Shown here piece by piece: positions 20,088-30,160 of a DNA stretch of 64,000 nt. The first letter of the stretch is position 1. Every line of letters starts with the position of its first letter. Origin of the DNA: an uncultured Acidobacteriota bacterium (lineage in GTDB: Bacteria; Acidobacteriota; Terriglobia; Acidiferrales; UBA7541); NCBI GenBank assembly GCA_963851235.1, contig CAWKOM010000007.1, positions 109,429-173,428 on the forward strand, given 5' to 3'. Both the position numbers and the translations under genes were made by a program. Below the pieces are notes generated by a model that was given only the letters and a program-made list of their open reading frames with translations, was not told the DNA's origin and did not search any database.

Positions 20088-21389
20088 TCATACTCTGACC
20101 TCTGAGAGTTCTGCGGAACCTTTGTGCTTAACCGACGATTCGACTTCCTTCGGAAGTTTCTCCGACTGCATTTCCGCCTTCGCCACCAATCCCGCTGCCG
20201 CTGTGAGTCCCGCCAATAAATACCAAGTGTCGCGGCCCAAGCTATGGGAGGAGTAGCCAGCCACCAACAAGCCGAGCAAGGCAAGGTTGCAAGCGCGTGG
20301 ATAATTTTGGAACCACGAAGGGCATTGGGGAATCAAACGCGATTGTCTTCGGATTAAGAAATTCTGCCGGATTACGGAGGTCAAAAAGACGACGAAAGCA
20401 CAAAAACCGAGCGATCCCATTTCGGAAAGCAACTGAAAGTACAAAGAATGAACGTTGAGCCAATGCCCAGTCCTGGCGCCATGCACATCGACGAATTCTC
20501 CCACTCCGATGCCGGTCAGAGGATTGCTCTTAAACATTTCCCAGGCTTGGCCCCAGACTTGTACGCGCCCTTGATAGGATCCATCTGCTTGCAAGTTGTC
20601 GACAGTCTCAATTCGCCCACGATACTGCTCCGGCATCGACACCCAAAGAACAGCGATCAAGGTTAAAACCGCGAATATGGCGGGAACGCGGTATTTCTGA
20701 AGCGAGGCATAGGCAAGCGCCATGACAGCAAACACGATGTAAGAGGTGCGTGACCCCGTGAGCACGACCGTCCACAAACAGATGGCCGTCAATGGCATCA
20801 TTACCCACCGAATGCGCCCCGCATCCTTACGCAGAAAGAGCAAAAAGAGTGGCAGTGCAGTAACCAGAGTGATCCCAAGAGCATTGGGATCGTCTGAAAA
20901 GCTATTGAGACCGACGGCTCTTTCAATACCCATGCGGACTTGGTAATCGCCCGCGTAATACAAGAAAGTGCTCCACACACCAAGCCAAGCTACAAGCACA
21001 CAGATCGTAATTAATACAATCCGCAAACGGCGTGCGTTGGTCGCCAAATTCAGGATCAACAAGTGATACATGATTACTTTCCCGAAATCGACACTGTGTT
21101 CGAAAGCACCGCCCTGCCAAAACGCGAACGGAACGGTGCAAAACATGGCTCCCCAGAGAAAGAGAAGGGCTTTGCTCACATTGGGCACAGCCAATCGCCG
21201 CTGGTGAACCAGAAAGGAAAGCAAGACAATCAGAGTGAAGGTTCTCTGCACATGAATAGTATCCAAGATGGGATATAACTCACCTGGGCGGACAAAGATA
21301 ATCGCCAGCACTGCGATCAGACCCACAAAGGGGTTAAACAATGCCCAAATGGCCAGCAGCGCTAGCGCTGAGGAGATTGCCCAGACCAT
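20088..21389 (-). CDS. O-antigen ligase / Wzy-like polymerase family membrane protein
   Basis: Multiple TM helices; DPNALG, LTGSR, R...W..AW.M...NPLTGIG.G.F, HSLYFQLLSEMG motifs (Wzy_C). Confidence 0.88.
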   Translation of the reverse strand: MVWAISSALALLAIWALFNPFVGLIAVLAIIFVRPGELYPILDTIHVQRTFTLIVLLSFLVHQRRLAVPNVSKALLFLWGAMFCTVPFAFWQGGAFEHSVDFGKVIMYHLLILNLATNARRLRIVLITICVLVAWLGVWSTFLYYAGDYQVRMGIERAVGLNSFSDDPNALGITLVTALPLFLLFLRKDAGRIRWVMMPLTAICLWTVVLTGSRTSYIVFAVMALAYASLQKYRVPAIFAVLTLIAVLWVSMPEQYRGRIETVDNLQADGSYQGRVQVWGQAWEMFKSNPLTGIGVGEFVDVHGARTGHWLNVHSLYFQLLSEMGSLGFCAFVVFLTSVIRQNFLIRRQSRLIPQCPSWFQNYPRACNLALLGLLVAGYSSHSLGRDTWYLLAGLTAAAGLVAKAEMQSEKLPKEVESSVKHKGSAELSEVRV

Positions 21390-24300
21390 CAGCGGCCCGC
21401 CTCCGAGTCGGCAGGTCTCAGCTCTTGCACAGACCGGTCTCGACGAAAGGATCCTTTGTGGTCCGGCGCCCGGACAACTTGCGCCGTACTACTCTCAGCC
21501 AGTTCCTTCTCGAAAACCTTGCAAACCGGCGCAAAACGAAAGTCCCGCAGCATTCTCGACAATTTCGATTCCATGGAGCGCAACCCTGTGTATTGACGAA
21601 AACGGGCTCTTTGAGACGCGGGGAGCCGCGGCTGCAACGCATCAATTTCCCACGGATGCAAATAGACGACCGCTGAATGCCCAGCCTCCTGGTTGTATCT
21701 GCGCAGGCCCCAGCGCGAGTAGCGGTAGGGTAGCATCCGCAGGTAACCGCCCCCACCGATGGGAAGATTATTCCCTCCCCATCGGCAAGTCGCGATGGGA
21801 AGTTCCAGGATCGCACCCGCACTGATGCGATGTGGCACTCGAGGTGCCGTCGCATTGTCATAAATGTCGTGACGTATAGGATGTACGCTCGAGTCGTAGA
21901 CAAAACCCAAATCGGCAAGCACATCGGCCGCCCAGTCCGTGCCAGGTACCATCGAAAAGCTTGGGGCACGATAACCTCGGATTGGCATTCCCCCGGCATC
22001 TTCTATCGCGCGTTTTGCTCTCAAAGTATCCGCATGAAATTCATCAGGAGAGAGCCTGAATATTGGTCTGTGCCAGTAACTATGGCATCCAACCTCGTGG
22101 CCGAGTTTGACCGCCTCGCGCACGAGGCCAGGGAATCGCTCGGCAATCCAGCCCAGGAAGAAGAAAGTGCCGCGCACATCATGAGCCGCCATCAACTCAA
22201 AAAGCCGATAAGTGCTGCTCTGCACACGTGAGGGCAAATGTTTCCAATCCTCGCGAGACACGGCACTGGTCATCGCTTCGGTATGAAAATAATCCTCTAC
22301 GTCCACCGTAAAAGCATTCAGCGTCGCGGACTGGTTCTCAAAATCATGAGTGCTCTGTTGGCGTTCGGCCGCAGGCGACGCGATGTTCGCGGCACTCACA
22401 CGCGCGCTCATTCGACCTGCTAAGGTGTTGCTGAATTTGCTTTGGATGTCCTCCGAAAATCCCTCTTTTTCATTCCTGCCCTCGCCGGAAGGGGAACTGC
22501 GCCGCAGGGACGTCAAGAGATCAGCCAAGAATCCAAAACCAAGGCCTAAGTGAATCGTGGCATAGATTCCAGGCGCAGCCACCAGGTGGCGCCAACCACG
22601 CCGAATCCCAAGTTGCGCAGAGGACGCCAGTACAGCTCCAAGATAGACCCCAAGGGTCGCCAGATAGATATACGCCCCGTACTTTGATATTGGCGTCAAA
22701 AGAAGGCCCAGGAAAATCCACGCGATAAAAACGGCCGGCATGGCGCCAGCAAGCGAAAAAGCCTCCGGATGCAGGCGCACAAAACGGCAGCGCCCTTTTC
22801 CATACCGAACCATTTGGTTCCAAAGCCTGGAGATGGAATTGCGAGCATGGTATTGGATCGTGAGCTTCGGGCTGATGTACGAAGACAAACCTGCCTGAAG
22901 CACCCGATAGTTGAAGTCGACGTCCTCGCACGCATCCAATTCTTCGTTGTAAAGTCCAACTCGTTCAAACACTTCGCGCCTATAGCTCGCGCCGGAACTC
23001 GTGGGGTCGACGAAGCCTTCCAAATTCGTCGAATAGATAGTCGAGTCGAGACCATGTCCGATCAGGCTGCTCCTCGCATCCGCCACCACTGTCTGAAACG
23101 CGCTAGACCCCGGCGCGGTGAGAGGCTGCGGACGGCAAAGACAAGCAGCCCCGGTGCTGGAAAAAAGTCGTGCCGTATCACGCAAAAGTCCGCGGCTGGG
23201 AATGTGACAATGGCCATCGATGAAAACAATCAAGCTGCCGCGGCTGTGTCGGACGCCCACATTGCGCCCGGCACTGGATAGCCTGCGAGAATTTTGGAGC
23301 AACTGGATAGACACATCAGTGGTTCTTGTTGCCTCCTCAACGATTTGTGGCGTCTTGTCAGTCGAGTCTCCGTCGACTACGAGAATCTCGTATCGATCTT
23401 CGGGGTAATCTTGGTTCAACAAGCCATCGAGCGTGATCCCGAGATGTTTTTCCTCGTTTCTCACCGGAATCACCACGGAAACGAATGGGCATGACTCCGC
23501 ACCGGGTGCCGAGGTAATTTCAGTGTGCTCCTGGATCGCTTCCTCTCTTAGCGGCGCCACAGCGAGGGGAGGATCACCGAGACACTGCCGGTAAATCGCC
23601 AGCAAGGATTCGCGCTGCTGAATGGGCGAAAAGCGGGTTTGTACCCATGCACGGCCAGCCTGACTGAGGACGCCCCCCAGCTCTGGATCATGAAGCACTG
23701 CACTCAGGGCACGGCCAAGCGAGGCCGCGTCGCCAGCCGGTACCAGAAGGCCGGTTTGCCGGTCGTAAATTAACTCTGGCACACCTCCCACTGCAGTGGC
23801 CACAACCGGGGTTTCCGCGGCGAGGGCCTCCAAAATCACGTTGGGTATCCCCTCCGTTAGCGAACAATTTGCCAAAACGTCGAGAGCTCGCATCCAGTCC
23901 GCGACGTTTTTCTGAAATCCTGGCAGGAGAACAATTCCGTCCAAACCGAGCCGCTTGATTTGCGCCTCAAGCGCCGCGCGGTCACGGCCTTCTCCCAGAA
24001 GCACAATCTTCAGCTCCGGGAACTCACGCGCCAGCTCGACGGCAGCCTCTACGAGAAACCGCTGCCCCTTTTCGACGCTGAGCCGACCGATGGCCCCGAT
24101 CAACTTGGTCTGCTGGGAGAAGCCTAACTGCGCTTTCATCACTTCGCGATTTGCCGCCGGCGCAGCATTAGCAGCCGCCAGCATGGCGTTCCTGACAACG
24201 GCAACACGGGGCCGCAGTTGGGAGTTCCGCGAGAGCAATTCCGCTTGTGCCTCAGAAACGCAGACAATGCGATCCGCAAGAGGAAGTAACCGCCGGTCAA

Positions 24301-24706
24301 GGTATTCATATGCTCGCACTCGCAGTGTTTCCGCCGTCCAACCTCTGCAAAAGGCAATCTGGGGAACACGGGCCAGCTTCTTGGCAAGAGCCCCGATCGT
24401 GTTCGCCTTGAAGCCGTGCGTGCACAGCAATCGGATGTTTTGTTCCTTGAGGAAGGAGGCCAGTTCCCAGACGGCTCGCAAATCGAATCGGCCTGAAGAA
24501 CGAGACTCGTAGATCGGTAGCCCATGCTCTTGAGCACGGATGAGGATTTCTGCCTTCTCGAGCTGGTCTCGGAATGAGCCTATCCACGCCTCAACGCCGG
24601 CCTCTCGGATGTCCCGCGCATGGTGAAGGATCTGTTTCTCCGGGCCGCCGACAAAGTTGCTGGCGATGAGATGAAGTATCCGAATAGGATTGGGGCTGGT
24701 TTTCAT
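21389..24706 (-). CDS. Triple fusion: GT4 glycosyltransferase + GT2 glycosyltransferase (ExoA-like, with TM helices) + XrtA-system-type polysaccharide deacetylase (DUF3473)
   Basis: Single 1105-aa ORF. GT4: GGPEK, EGIPNVILEA. GT2: VSVVIPVRNEE, VDGDSTD, FIDGH, CEDVDF. Deacetylase: FTVDVEDYFH, GCHSYWH, GYRAPSFS, YLHPWEID. Confidence 0.88.
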   Translation of the reverse strand: MKTSPNPIRILHLIASNFVGGPEKQILHHARDIREAGVEAWIGSFRDQLEKAEILIRAQEHGLPIYESRSSGRFDLRAVWELASFLKEQNIRLLCTHGFKANTIGALAKKLARVPQIAFCRGWTAETLRVRAYEYLDRRLLPLADRIVCVSEAQAELLSRNSQLRPRVAVVRNAMLAAANAAPAANREVMKAQLGFSQQTKLIGAIGRLSVEKGQRFLVEAAVELAREFPELKIVLLGEGRDRAALEAQIKRLGLDGIVLLPGFQKNVADWMRALDVLANCSLTEGIPNVILEALAAETPVVATAVGGVPELIYDRQTGLLVPAGDAASLGRALSAVLHDPELGGVLSQAGRAWVQTRFSPIQQRESLLAIYRQCLGDPPLAVAPLREEAIQEHTEITSAPGAESCPFVSVVIPVRNEEKHLGITLDGLLNQDYPEDRYEILVVDGDSTDKTPQIVEEATRTTDVSIQLLQNSRRLSSAGRNVGVRHSRGSLIVFIDGHCHIPSRGLLRDTARLFSSTGAACLCRPQPLTAPGSSAFQTVVADARSSLIGHGLDSTIYSTNLEGFVDPTSSGASYRREVFERVGLYNEELDACEDVDFNYRVLQAGLSSYISPKLTIQYHARNSISRLWNQMVRYGKGRCRFVRLHPEAFSLAGAMPAVFIAWIFLGLLLTPISKYGAYIYLATLGVYLGAVLASSAQLGIRRGWRHLVAAPGIYATIHLGLGFGFLADLLTSLRRSSPSGEGRNEKEGFSEDIQSKFSNTLAGRMSARVSAANIASPAAERQQSTHDFENQSATLNAFTVDVEDYFHTEAMTSAVSREDWKHLPSRVQSSTYRLFELMAAHDVRGTFFFLGWIAERFPGLVREAVKLGHEVGCHSYWHRPIFRLSPDEFHADTLRAKRAIEDAGGMPIRGYRAPSFSMVPGTDWAADVLADLGFVYDSSVHPIRHDIYDNATAPRVPHRISAGAILELPIATCRWGGNNLPIGGGGYLRMLPYRYSRWGLRRYNQEAGHSAVVYLHPWEIDALQPRLPASQRARFRQYTGLRSMESKLSRMLRDFRFAPVCKVFEKELAESSTAQVVRAPDHKGSFRRDRSVQELRPADSEAGR

Positions 24707-24718
24707 ATGGGTTTTCCG

Positions 24719-25921
24719 CTACCGGAGAGTTTTGCCCCAGGCGTTACGCCGAAGCCCGAGCGCTGCGCCGGCATGCACAAGCAGCATCCAGCACACATAG
24801 AACGGAAGCGTAGCCAGAGCTCGCAGACGCCCACCCTGTATGTGAGGAATCCGAGACAAAACTAGCCCCATATAAACACAGAGCGAGAGAGAGGCGGTGA
24901 TGACCGCATAGCGCAACAGCGAACCCGCGCCCCCGGTGCCCAGAACAGAAGTGCCAGCCACTGCGCCCAGGAGCAAGTACAGCAACAAGAACCGGCTCGT
25001 CAGGACCAGAGCGAGCGCCATCTCCGCCAACCGAAGTGATCGCCTTGCAATGCTCGCGCGCAAGAGTTGCGGAACATACTTCGTCATCACCTGAATGGTT
25101 CCCGAGGCCCACCGCAATCGTTGAGGGAAGGCATCACTTGCCCGGCGTGTCGCTCGGGACACAACTGTTGCCGATTCTAAGAATTTCACGCGAACATTTT
25201 GCAGCGCCAATTGAACCGAATATTCCACATCCTCGACGATGGAATAGGCCCCCCAGGGCAGCGCTTCTATAATCTCCCGCTTCAGGCAAAACCCGTTTCC
25301 CAGAAGAAAACCCATCCATCCGAATCGCTCGCGCGCGCGCCAGTACAAATCATTTTCGGCACGCTTGCTGGCAAAGGTCAGCAGGGAAAAATAGGAAGTG
25401 TCTGCAAGGTCAAACAGATTCTGCGCCTGCAAGGCGGTAGCTCCTGACTGGATTCCTCGGTCCATGGCTTCAAGAAAACCTGGACAAACTTGAGTGTCCG
25501 CGTCAATAAAGATCGCTGCGTCAAAAGTGGTCGCGTCTACTCGATCGAGAGCCCAGCGCAACCCCCTGCCTTTTCCCGGTGCGTTAGGCTCCGTCCGCTC
25601 CCAGCATTCGAATCTTTCCTCCCGGACAACGGCCATAGTGCGATCCTGGCAGTTGTCGGCAATCACGAGGACATTTCTCAAGTCTTCGGGATAATCCTGC
25701 GCGCGCAGACTCTCCAGTGTTGGACGGATACCCTCTTCTTCGTTGTGCGCCGGAATCAGAACAAGAAACCTTGTCCTGGGCCGCAGCCGCTCCACAGCGG
25801 TCGGATCCGGTGACGACGAAAAAAAACCTACCAGTGCAAGGAACAAGACATAGCATGTTCCTGCCAGCGCTAAAGTGGCCGCCGCTCCACCAAAGATTAA
25901 AAGGACCGAATGAAAATTCAT
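24719..25921 (-). CDS. Membrane glycosyltransferase family 2 (IcaA/cellulose-synthase-like)
   Basis: LIPAHNEE, IADNCQD, FIDAD, VEDVE, QRLRW (QxxRW) plus N- and C-terminal TM helices. Confidence 0.88.
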   Translation of the reverse strand: MNFHSVLLIFGGAAATLALAGTCYVLFLALVGFFSSSPDPTAVERLRPRTRFLVLIPAHNEEEGIRPTLESLRAQDYPEDLRNVLVIADNCQDRTMAVVREERFECWERTEPNAPGKGRGLRWALDRVDATTFDAAIFIDADTQVCPGFLEAMDRGIQSGATALQAQNLFDLADTSYFSLLTFASKRAENDLYWRARERFGWMGFLLGNGFCLKREIIEALPWGAYSIVEDVEYSVQLALQNVRVKFLESATVVSRATRRASDAFPQRLRWASGTIQVMTKYVPQLLRASIARRSLRLAEMALALVLTSRFLLLYLLLGAVAGTSVLGTGGAGSLLRYAVITASLSLCVYMGLVLSRIPHIQGGRLRALATLPFYVCWMLLVHAGAALGLRRNAWGKTLR

Positions 25922-26030
25922 TTCTCTTCCTTGATACTCACCTCTTCAAGCAAGTATCGCTGCGGCTTTGCAACTAGCTGGCCCGCGCCCGACACAATCG
26001 CCGCGACACCGCTCAATGAATCGTCCCAGC

Positions 26031-27422
26031 TCACCTGGCGCCCCGTCCAAAAATCACCGTCTTGATGGTCTGGAAAATGATGAGTAGGTCTAAGGCCAGC
26101 GACATGTTCTTGATGTAGTACAGGTCGTAGCGCATCTTCTCCTTCGACTGTTCCAAAGAGGCGCCATATCCACAATTGATCTGCGCCCAACCTGTGATCC
26201 CGGGACGAATAATCTGGCGCAGATAGTAGTAAGGGATTTCTTGCTTCAGCCACGCGTCGAACTCGGGCCGCTCCGGCCGGGGGCCGACGAAATTCATATC
26301 CCCGCGGAACACGTTCCAGAGTTGGGGAATCTCGTCGAGCCGCGTTACCCGCAAAAACCGCCCGACCCGAGTGATTCTGGGATCTTTATCGCTCGCCCAC
26401 GTCGCGCCCGTGTCCGCTTCGGCATCAGCCCGCATCGTCCGGAATTTGTAGCAGTAGAATAGTCCGCCGCCCTTTCCCACACGCTGCTGGCGGTAGAAAA
26501 TGGGGCCACGTGAAGTAAGTTTAATTACCAATGCAATGAGGGGAATTATCGGAAGCACCAGGACCAGGAGCGACATCGAAACGACGAAGGCCATCAATCG
26601 TTGCACCACCAGAACCATAGGATGCAGCCGGAATCCATCTGAGAAAATAAGCCAGCTCGGAGACAATTGATCCACTTCGATTTTTCCAGAAATCCTCTCC
26701 AGCAACTTGCCTCCGTCATCCACCTGAAATCCCTTCAAGCGCAGGTCCAGGAGTTCGCGCACCGGCATCGTGCTTCGCCGGTCTTGCAAGGCAACGATGA
26801 TCCGCTTAATCTTTTTTTCAGGAACTAAAGAGCCCAGCTCGTTCGGATTGCCCAGAAACGGCAGGCCGTTGATATTGAATCCTGTTGCATCGGTCATCCC
26901 AATATAGCCAACCAAGCGGATACCTAGCTCGTGCCTGCTCAGGATTTCAGCTGCTAGCGATCGGGCTAGCGGACCCTCACCTAGCAGGATGGCGGTGTCG
27001 GCAAATCTCGCTGACCGGTTGATGGCAAAAAAGGTCTCGCGCGAGGCAGTTAGAGAAATCCCAATTAGGACAACACCAATCAGAAAGATGCCTCGTCCCA
27101 GCTCAAAGGGCGGGTAAATGTAACAGACAACCGCAACCACCACACAAACCACTCCTAGAACGACGATGAGGCGCGTCAATACTTCTCGGGGATTGCTCAA
27201 CACAATCGAATCGTACAAATCGAAATAATAGAGGCACATAAAACAGAGCAATGAAATAACCACCACCTTGAAGAATCCCTGCTGATAGCTCAGCACTAGC
27301 TCCCCATCACTCCCAAATCGAAGGAAGACAGCGGCTACCATCGCCAAAAAGATGATCAACGTTTCTGCGACCGCTAAAAGCAGCGTTCTTCCGGGAATAT
27401 AAGCGTCAAAGAACTTAATCAC
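26031..27422 (-). CDS. Priming polyprenyl glycosylphosphotransferase (XrtA/PEP-CTERM-system sugar transferase type)
   Basis: GTG start; N-terminal TMs, CoA-binding-like middle, C-terminal Bac_transf motifs YKFRTM, DPRITRVGRFLR.TRLDEIPQL.NV..G.M.FVGPRPERP, PGITGWAQ. Confidence 0.93.
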   Translation of the reverse strand: MIKFFDAYIPGRTLLLAVAETLIIFLAMVAAVFLRFGSDGELVLSYQQGFFKVVVISLLCFMCLYYFDLYDSIVLSNPREVLTRLIVVLGVVCVVVAVVCYIYPPFELGRGIFLIGVVLIGISLTASRETFFAINRSARFADTAILLGEGPLARSLAAEILSRHELGIRLVGYIGMTDATGFNINGLPFLGNPNELGSLVPEKKIKRIIVALQDRRSTMPVRELLDLRLKGFQVDDGGKLLERISGKIEVDQLSPSWLIFSDGFRLHPMVLVVQRLMAFVVSMSLLVLVLPIIPLIALVIKLTSRGPIFYRQQRVGKGGGLFYCYKFRTMRADAEADTGATWASDKDPRITRVGRFLRVTRLDEIPQLWNVFRGDMNFVGPRPERPEFDAWLKQEIPYYYLRQIIRPGITGWAQINCGYGASLEQSKEKMRYDLYYIKNMSLALDLLIIFQTIKTVIFGRGAR

Positions 27423-27426
27423 CTTG

Positions 27427-28311
27427 TTATTCCTTGCTCGTCGCGTCCGGCACCGACATGGATTCTTCGATATCTCCTGCTGCGGACATAGAGTAGTAAT
27501 ACCCGTAGCGACTGGTCACCACATCTGCATCGCCATTCATCACAATTCCGGCGATGAAGTTTCCCTCAAGAGCCGCGAGGGAATTTGGGATTGCCGTTGC
27601 GGGGGTAACAGAGAGACGGGTCACCAACAATGAAGCATCCATGAGCGTGGCCAGATGTGGCGTGTCCGCAAACAAACTGAGCGGCGCGCTATCCACCACC
27701 ACCCATTCGTATTTTTCTCCGGCTTGCTTCAACAGCTCGGCCATGCGCGGCCCTTGCAGCAATTCTCCAGGCGCTGAAGAGTGATGACCCGCTGGAATAT
27801 AATGGACACTCCACGGTTCGGCCAGGCGTCGAGTAGCCGTCCGTTCATCGATCTTGTTCTCAAGAAGCTCAGCCAGCCCTGGCATTGCTTCAAGGCCTAA
27901 TACCTCGTGAACGCCCGAATGCCGCAAGTCAGCGTCGATAAGCAATACGTGCTGCGAGGTCTTTGCCAGGCTGAACGCAAGATTGACGGCAACAAGAGTC
28001 TTCCCCTCTCTCGGAACCGCACTGCAGACCAGCAGTTTCCGGAGCGGTCGTTCTGACCGAATTTTCTGCAACCGGTGCCGAAGCACTCGGAATTTTTCGG
28101 CACCGGGCGAGTGATTGTCTCCGCTGGCTAAGACGTGCCGTTCTGGTGTAATCCGGGGGACGAGCCGAATATCGGCTTCTGGGACAGGGACCGACAGCTC
28201 ACGTACTTTTGACACCTGGTTTCCGCGAGCGCTCTTCGCCCATGGAGTGAAGGAGTCTTTGCCAGTCTTCTCTTGCTCCGATTTGCGTAATGCATCGAAT
28301 ATCCGGCTCAC
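27427..28311 (-). CDS. CpsD/CapB-family tyrosine kinase (Wzc cytoplasmic domain)
   Basis: MSRIFDAL start, E.FR.LR, Walker A SAVPREGKT, LLIDADLR, VVDSAP, C-terminal Tyr cluster RYGYYY. Confidence 0.9.
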   Translation of the reverse strand: MSRIFDALRKSEQEKTGKDSFTPWAKSARGNQVSKVRELSVPVPEADIRLVPRITPERHVLASGDNHSPGAEKFRVLRHRLQKIRSERPLRKLLVCSAVPREGKTLVAVNLAFSLAKTSQHVLLIDADLRHSGVHEVLGLEAMPGLAELLENKIDERTATRRLAEPWSVHYIPAGHHSSAPGELLQGPRMAELLKQAGEKYEWVVVDSAPLSLFADTPHLATLMDASLLVTRLSVTPATAIPNSLAALEGNFIAGIVMNGDADVVTSRYGYYYSMSAAGDIEESMSVPDATSKE

Positions 28312-28527
28312 GTAATCTCCTCAACCTGCGCTCAACGTTTCTTCTTGAGACTCAGTTCCATCTTGCGCAACGATTTCGTTCGGTTTGCTGTGAATGCGCC
28401 GCATTCCAAGAGACTGGCTTTTCGTCTCCACTAACTCCACGACCAGTAAGCCATTGACTTGCGAATCGCACTTGTCCTTGGCTCGCTCGTAGTTCTTCGC
28501 TCGGATCGGATGAGCTTTCACCCACTT

Positions 28528-30114
28528 TCAACTCAACCTGTGTGTGTAAATCGCCACCGCAATCGAAACCAATGTAAATATCGCTATCACGGCAATTTCG
28601 ATGAGCCAGCGTATTCGCTTGGACTTGCGTCCTCTAACAGTCAGGAGAATCGGGATCCGCACGAGTATCGGCAGTACGGTCTGCTCTCGAATTTCCTTCT
28701 CATTGCGAATCGAGCCATCCTGGAATTCGCGCAAGCCGGCCGCGCATACGCCTAGGCATAGACCCAGCGCCCAACCACCTAACAGAATCAGCGGACGATT
28801 TGGTTTGAAGGGCTTATCGGGCAAGGATGGTGGATCGATGATGCGAAATTGCTCACCCTCCTGGCGCTTCTCAAGGTTGGTCGCCAGCTCCGATTCCAGG
28901 GATTTTTGCAGCAGCGATTGATAGTATTCCCGGGAATTCTGGTAATTCCGCGTCACTTCGGAAAGCTGCTGCTCTCTCACCGGGGTCAGGCTCAGGTGCG
29001 TTTGCAAGTCCGTAATCTGCTTGCGCACTTTTTCCGCCTGTGCTTTGTCATTCGCGATCTCGACATCCACCGCCTTTAGCCGGCTTTCCACTTCAGCAAG
29101 TGCCGGTTGATTGGGCGTATCCGCACCTGCCGTCGTCGGAGTTCCCTCCTTGCCGTTGGTTGTATCCGTCGCTGACTTATGCAGGCTTTCCCATTTCGCG
29201 ATCTCTTCTTTGACGCGCAAGACATCCGGATGTTGCGGCGTATACTTGGCCTCGAGTTCCGCCAGCTGCCTTTTCAGCTCCCCAATCGACCCCTCTGATC
29301 CACCTCCCGCATATGTTTCGCCTCCCTGCGGGGCATCAGCAGATGACTGCTCCATCACTCGATACTCAGAGCGAAGAGACTGCAGGTAAATTTTTTGTTG
29401 CTCGGCTCGGCCTATGGAATCGGTAATCGACTGGAGTTGCACCTGAAGGCTGTTCAGGATCTGCAAATTGCTCTGCTCCTGCTCAGGCAACTCCCCGAGG
29501 TACCGCATCTTGTACTGGCGCAGTTCCTCTTCTTGCTTTTCAAGGTCTTTGTGAGCCTGTTCGAGCTGGCTCTGAAGAAAATTCGTTGTGCTCAAGGATT
29601 CCTGGGCACGCGATTCCAAGCTCTTTTCAATGAACATGGAAGTCAATTCGTTGTTGATTTGCTGAGCTAGCAGCGGATTCTCCGCTGAGAAGGAGATACG
29701 GAATGATGTCGTCTGGTCATCTCTCGCCGCCCCCGGGGCAACCTGTATCGCGATGTCCTGCCTCATCTGGTCGACGAGGTCATCCATTGTTGTGCGGCTT
29801 CGCTTTTTCGAGTACAGATTGAACTGCTTGATCAAGCTCTCCAGTCTTGTCCTGCTCAAAATCTGCTGCGTCATACTTTGCAGCCGGCTGTCGATATCCG
29901 AAACCACGTTCGGCGTGACATACTTCTGCGGTACTTTCTGCTCCTCCACTTGAATCATCGCCTCTGAGCGATAGACTGGCGGCCAAAAGAGCGCAACCGC
30001 AAATGCCAGAATTCCGACTCCAAAAAATGGCCCAAGTAAATACCATCTCCGGCGCACAGCAATATCGCTGTACTTCTTCCAGTCGAACGGTTTCTGGTCG
30101 CTAAGAGATTCCAT
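28528..30114 (-). CDS. Polysaccharide chain-length determinant (Wzz/GumC-like, Wzc periplasmic half)
   Basis: TM near each end, coiled coils, Y.PQHPDV, F.IIDPP.LP..P.KPNR motifs. Confidence 0.9.
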   Translation of the reverse strand: MESLSDQKPFDWKKYSDIAVRRRWYLLGPFFGVGILAFAVALFWPPVYRSEAMIQVEEQKVPQKYVTPNVVSDIDSRLQSMTQQILSRTRLESLIKQFNLYSKKRSRTTMDDLVDQMRQDIAIQVAPGAARDDQTTSFRISFSAENPLLAQQINNELTSMFIEKSLESRAQESLSTTNFLQSQLEQAHKDLEKQEEELRQYKMRYLGELPEQEQSNLQILNSLQVQLQSITDSIGRAEQQKIYLQSLRSEYRVMEQSSADAPQGGETYAGGGSEGSIGELKRQLAELEAKYTPQHPDVLRVKEEIAKWESLHKSATDTTNGKEGTPTTAGADTPNQPALAEVESRLKAVDVEIANDKAQAEKVRKQITDLQTHLSLTPVREQQLSEVTRNYQNSREYYQSLLQKSLESELATNLEKRQEGEQFRIIDPPSLPDKPFKPNRPLILLGGWALGLCLGVCAAGLREFQDGSIRNEKEIREQTVLPILVRIPILLTVRGRKSKRIRWLIEIAVIAIFTLVSIAVAIYTHRLS

Positions 30115-30160
30115 TTCTTCTCACCTTTCAGCTTGTCCCGGCCATCGGCTTCGAATGTTT

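Noticed and set aside
21389-24706. Fusion as a pseudogene or read-through artefact
   Set aside because: All three modules keep catalytic motifs and no frameshift is evident; still needs read-level confirmation.
28321-28521. 66-aa ORF between chain-length and kinase genes
   Set aside because: No RBS or recognisable motif; treated as spacer.
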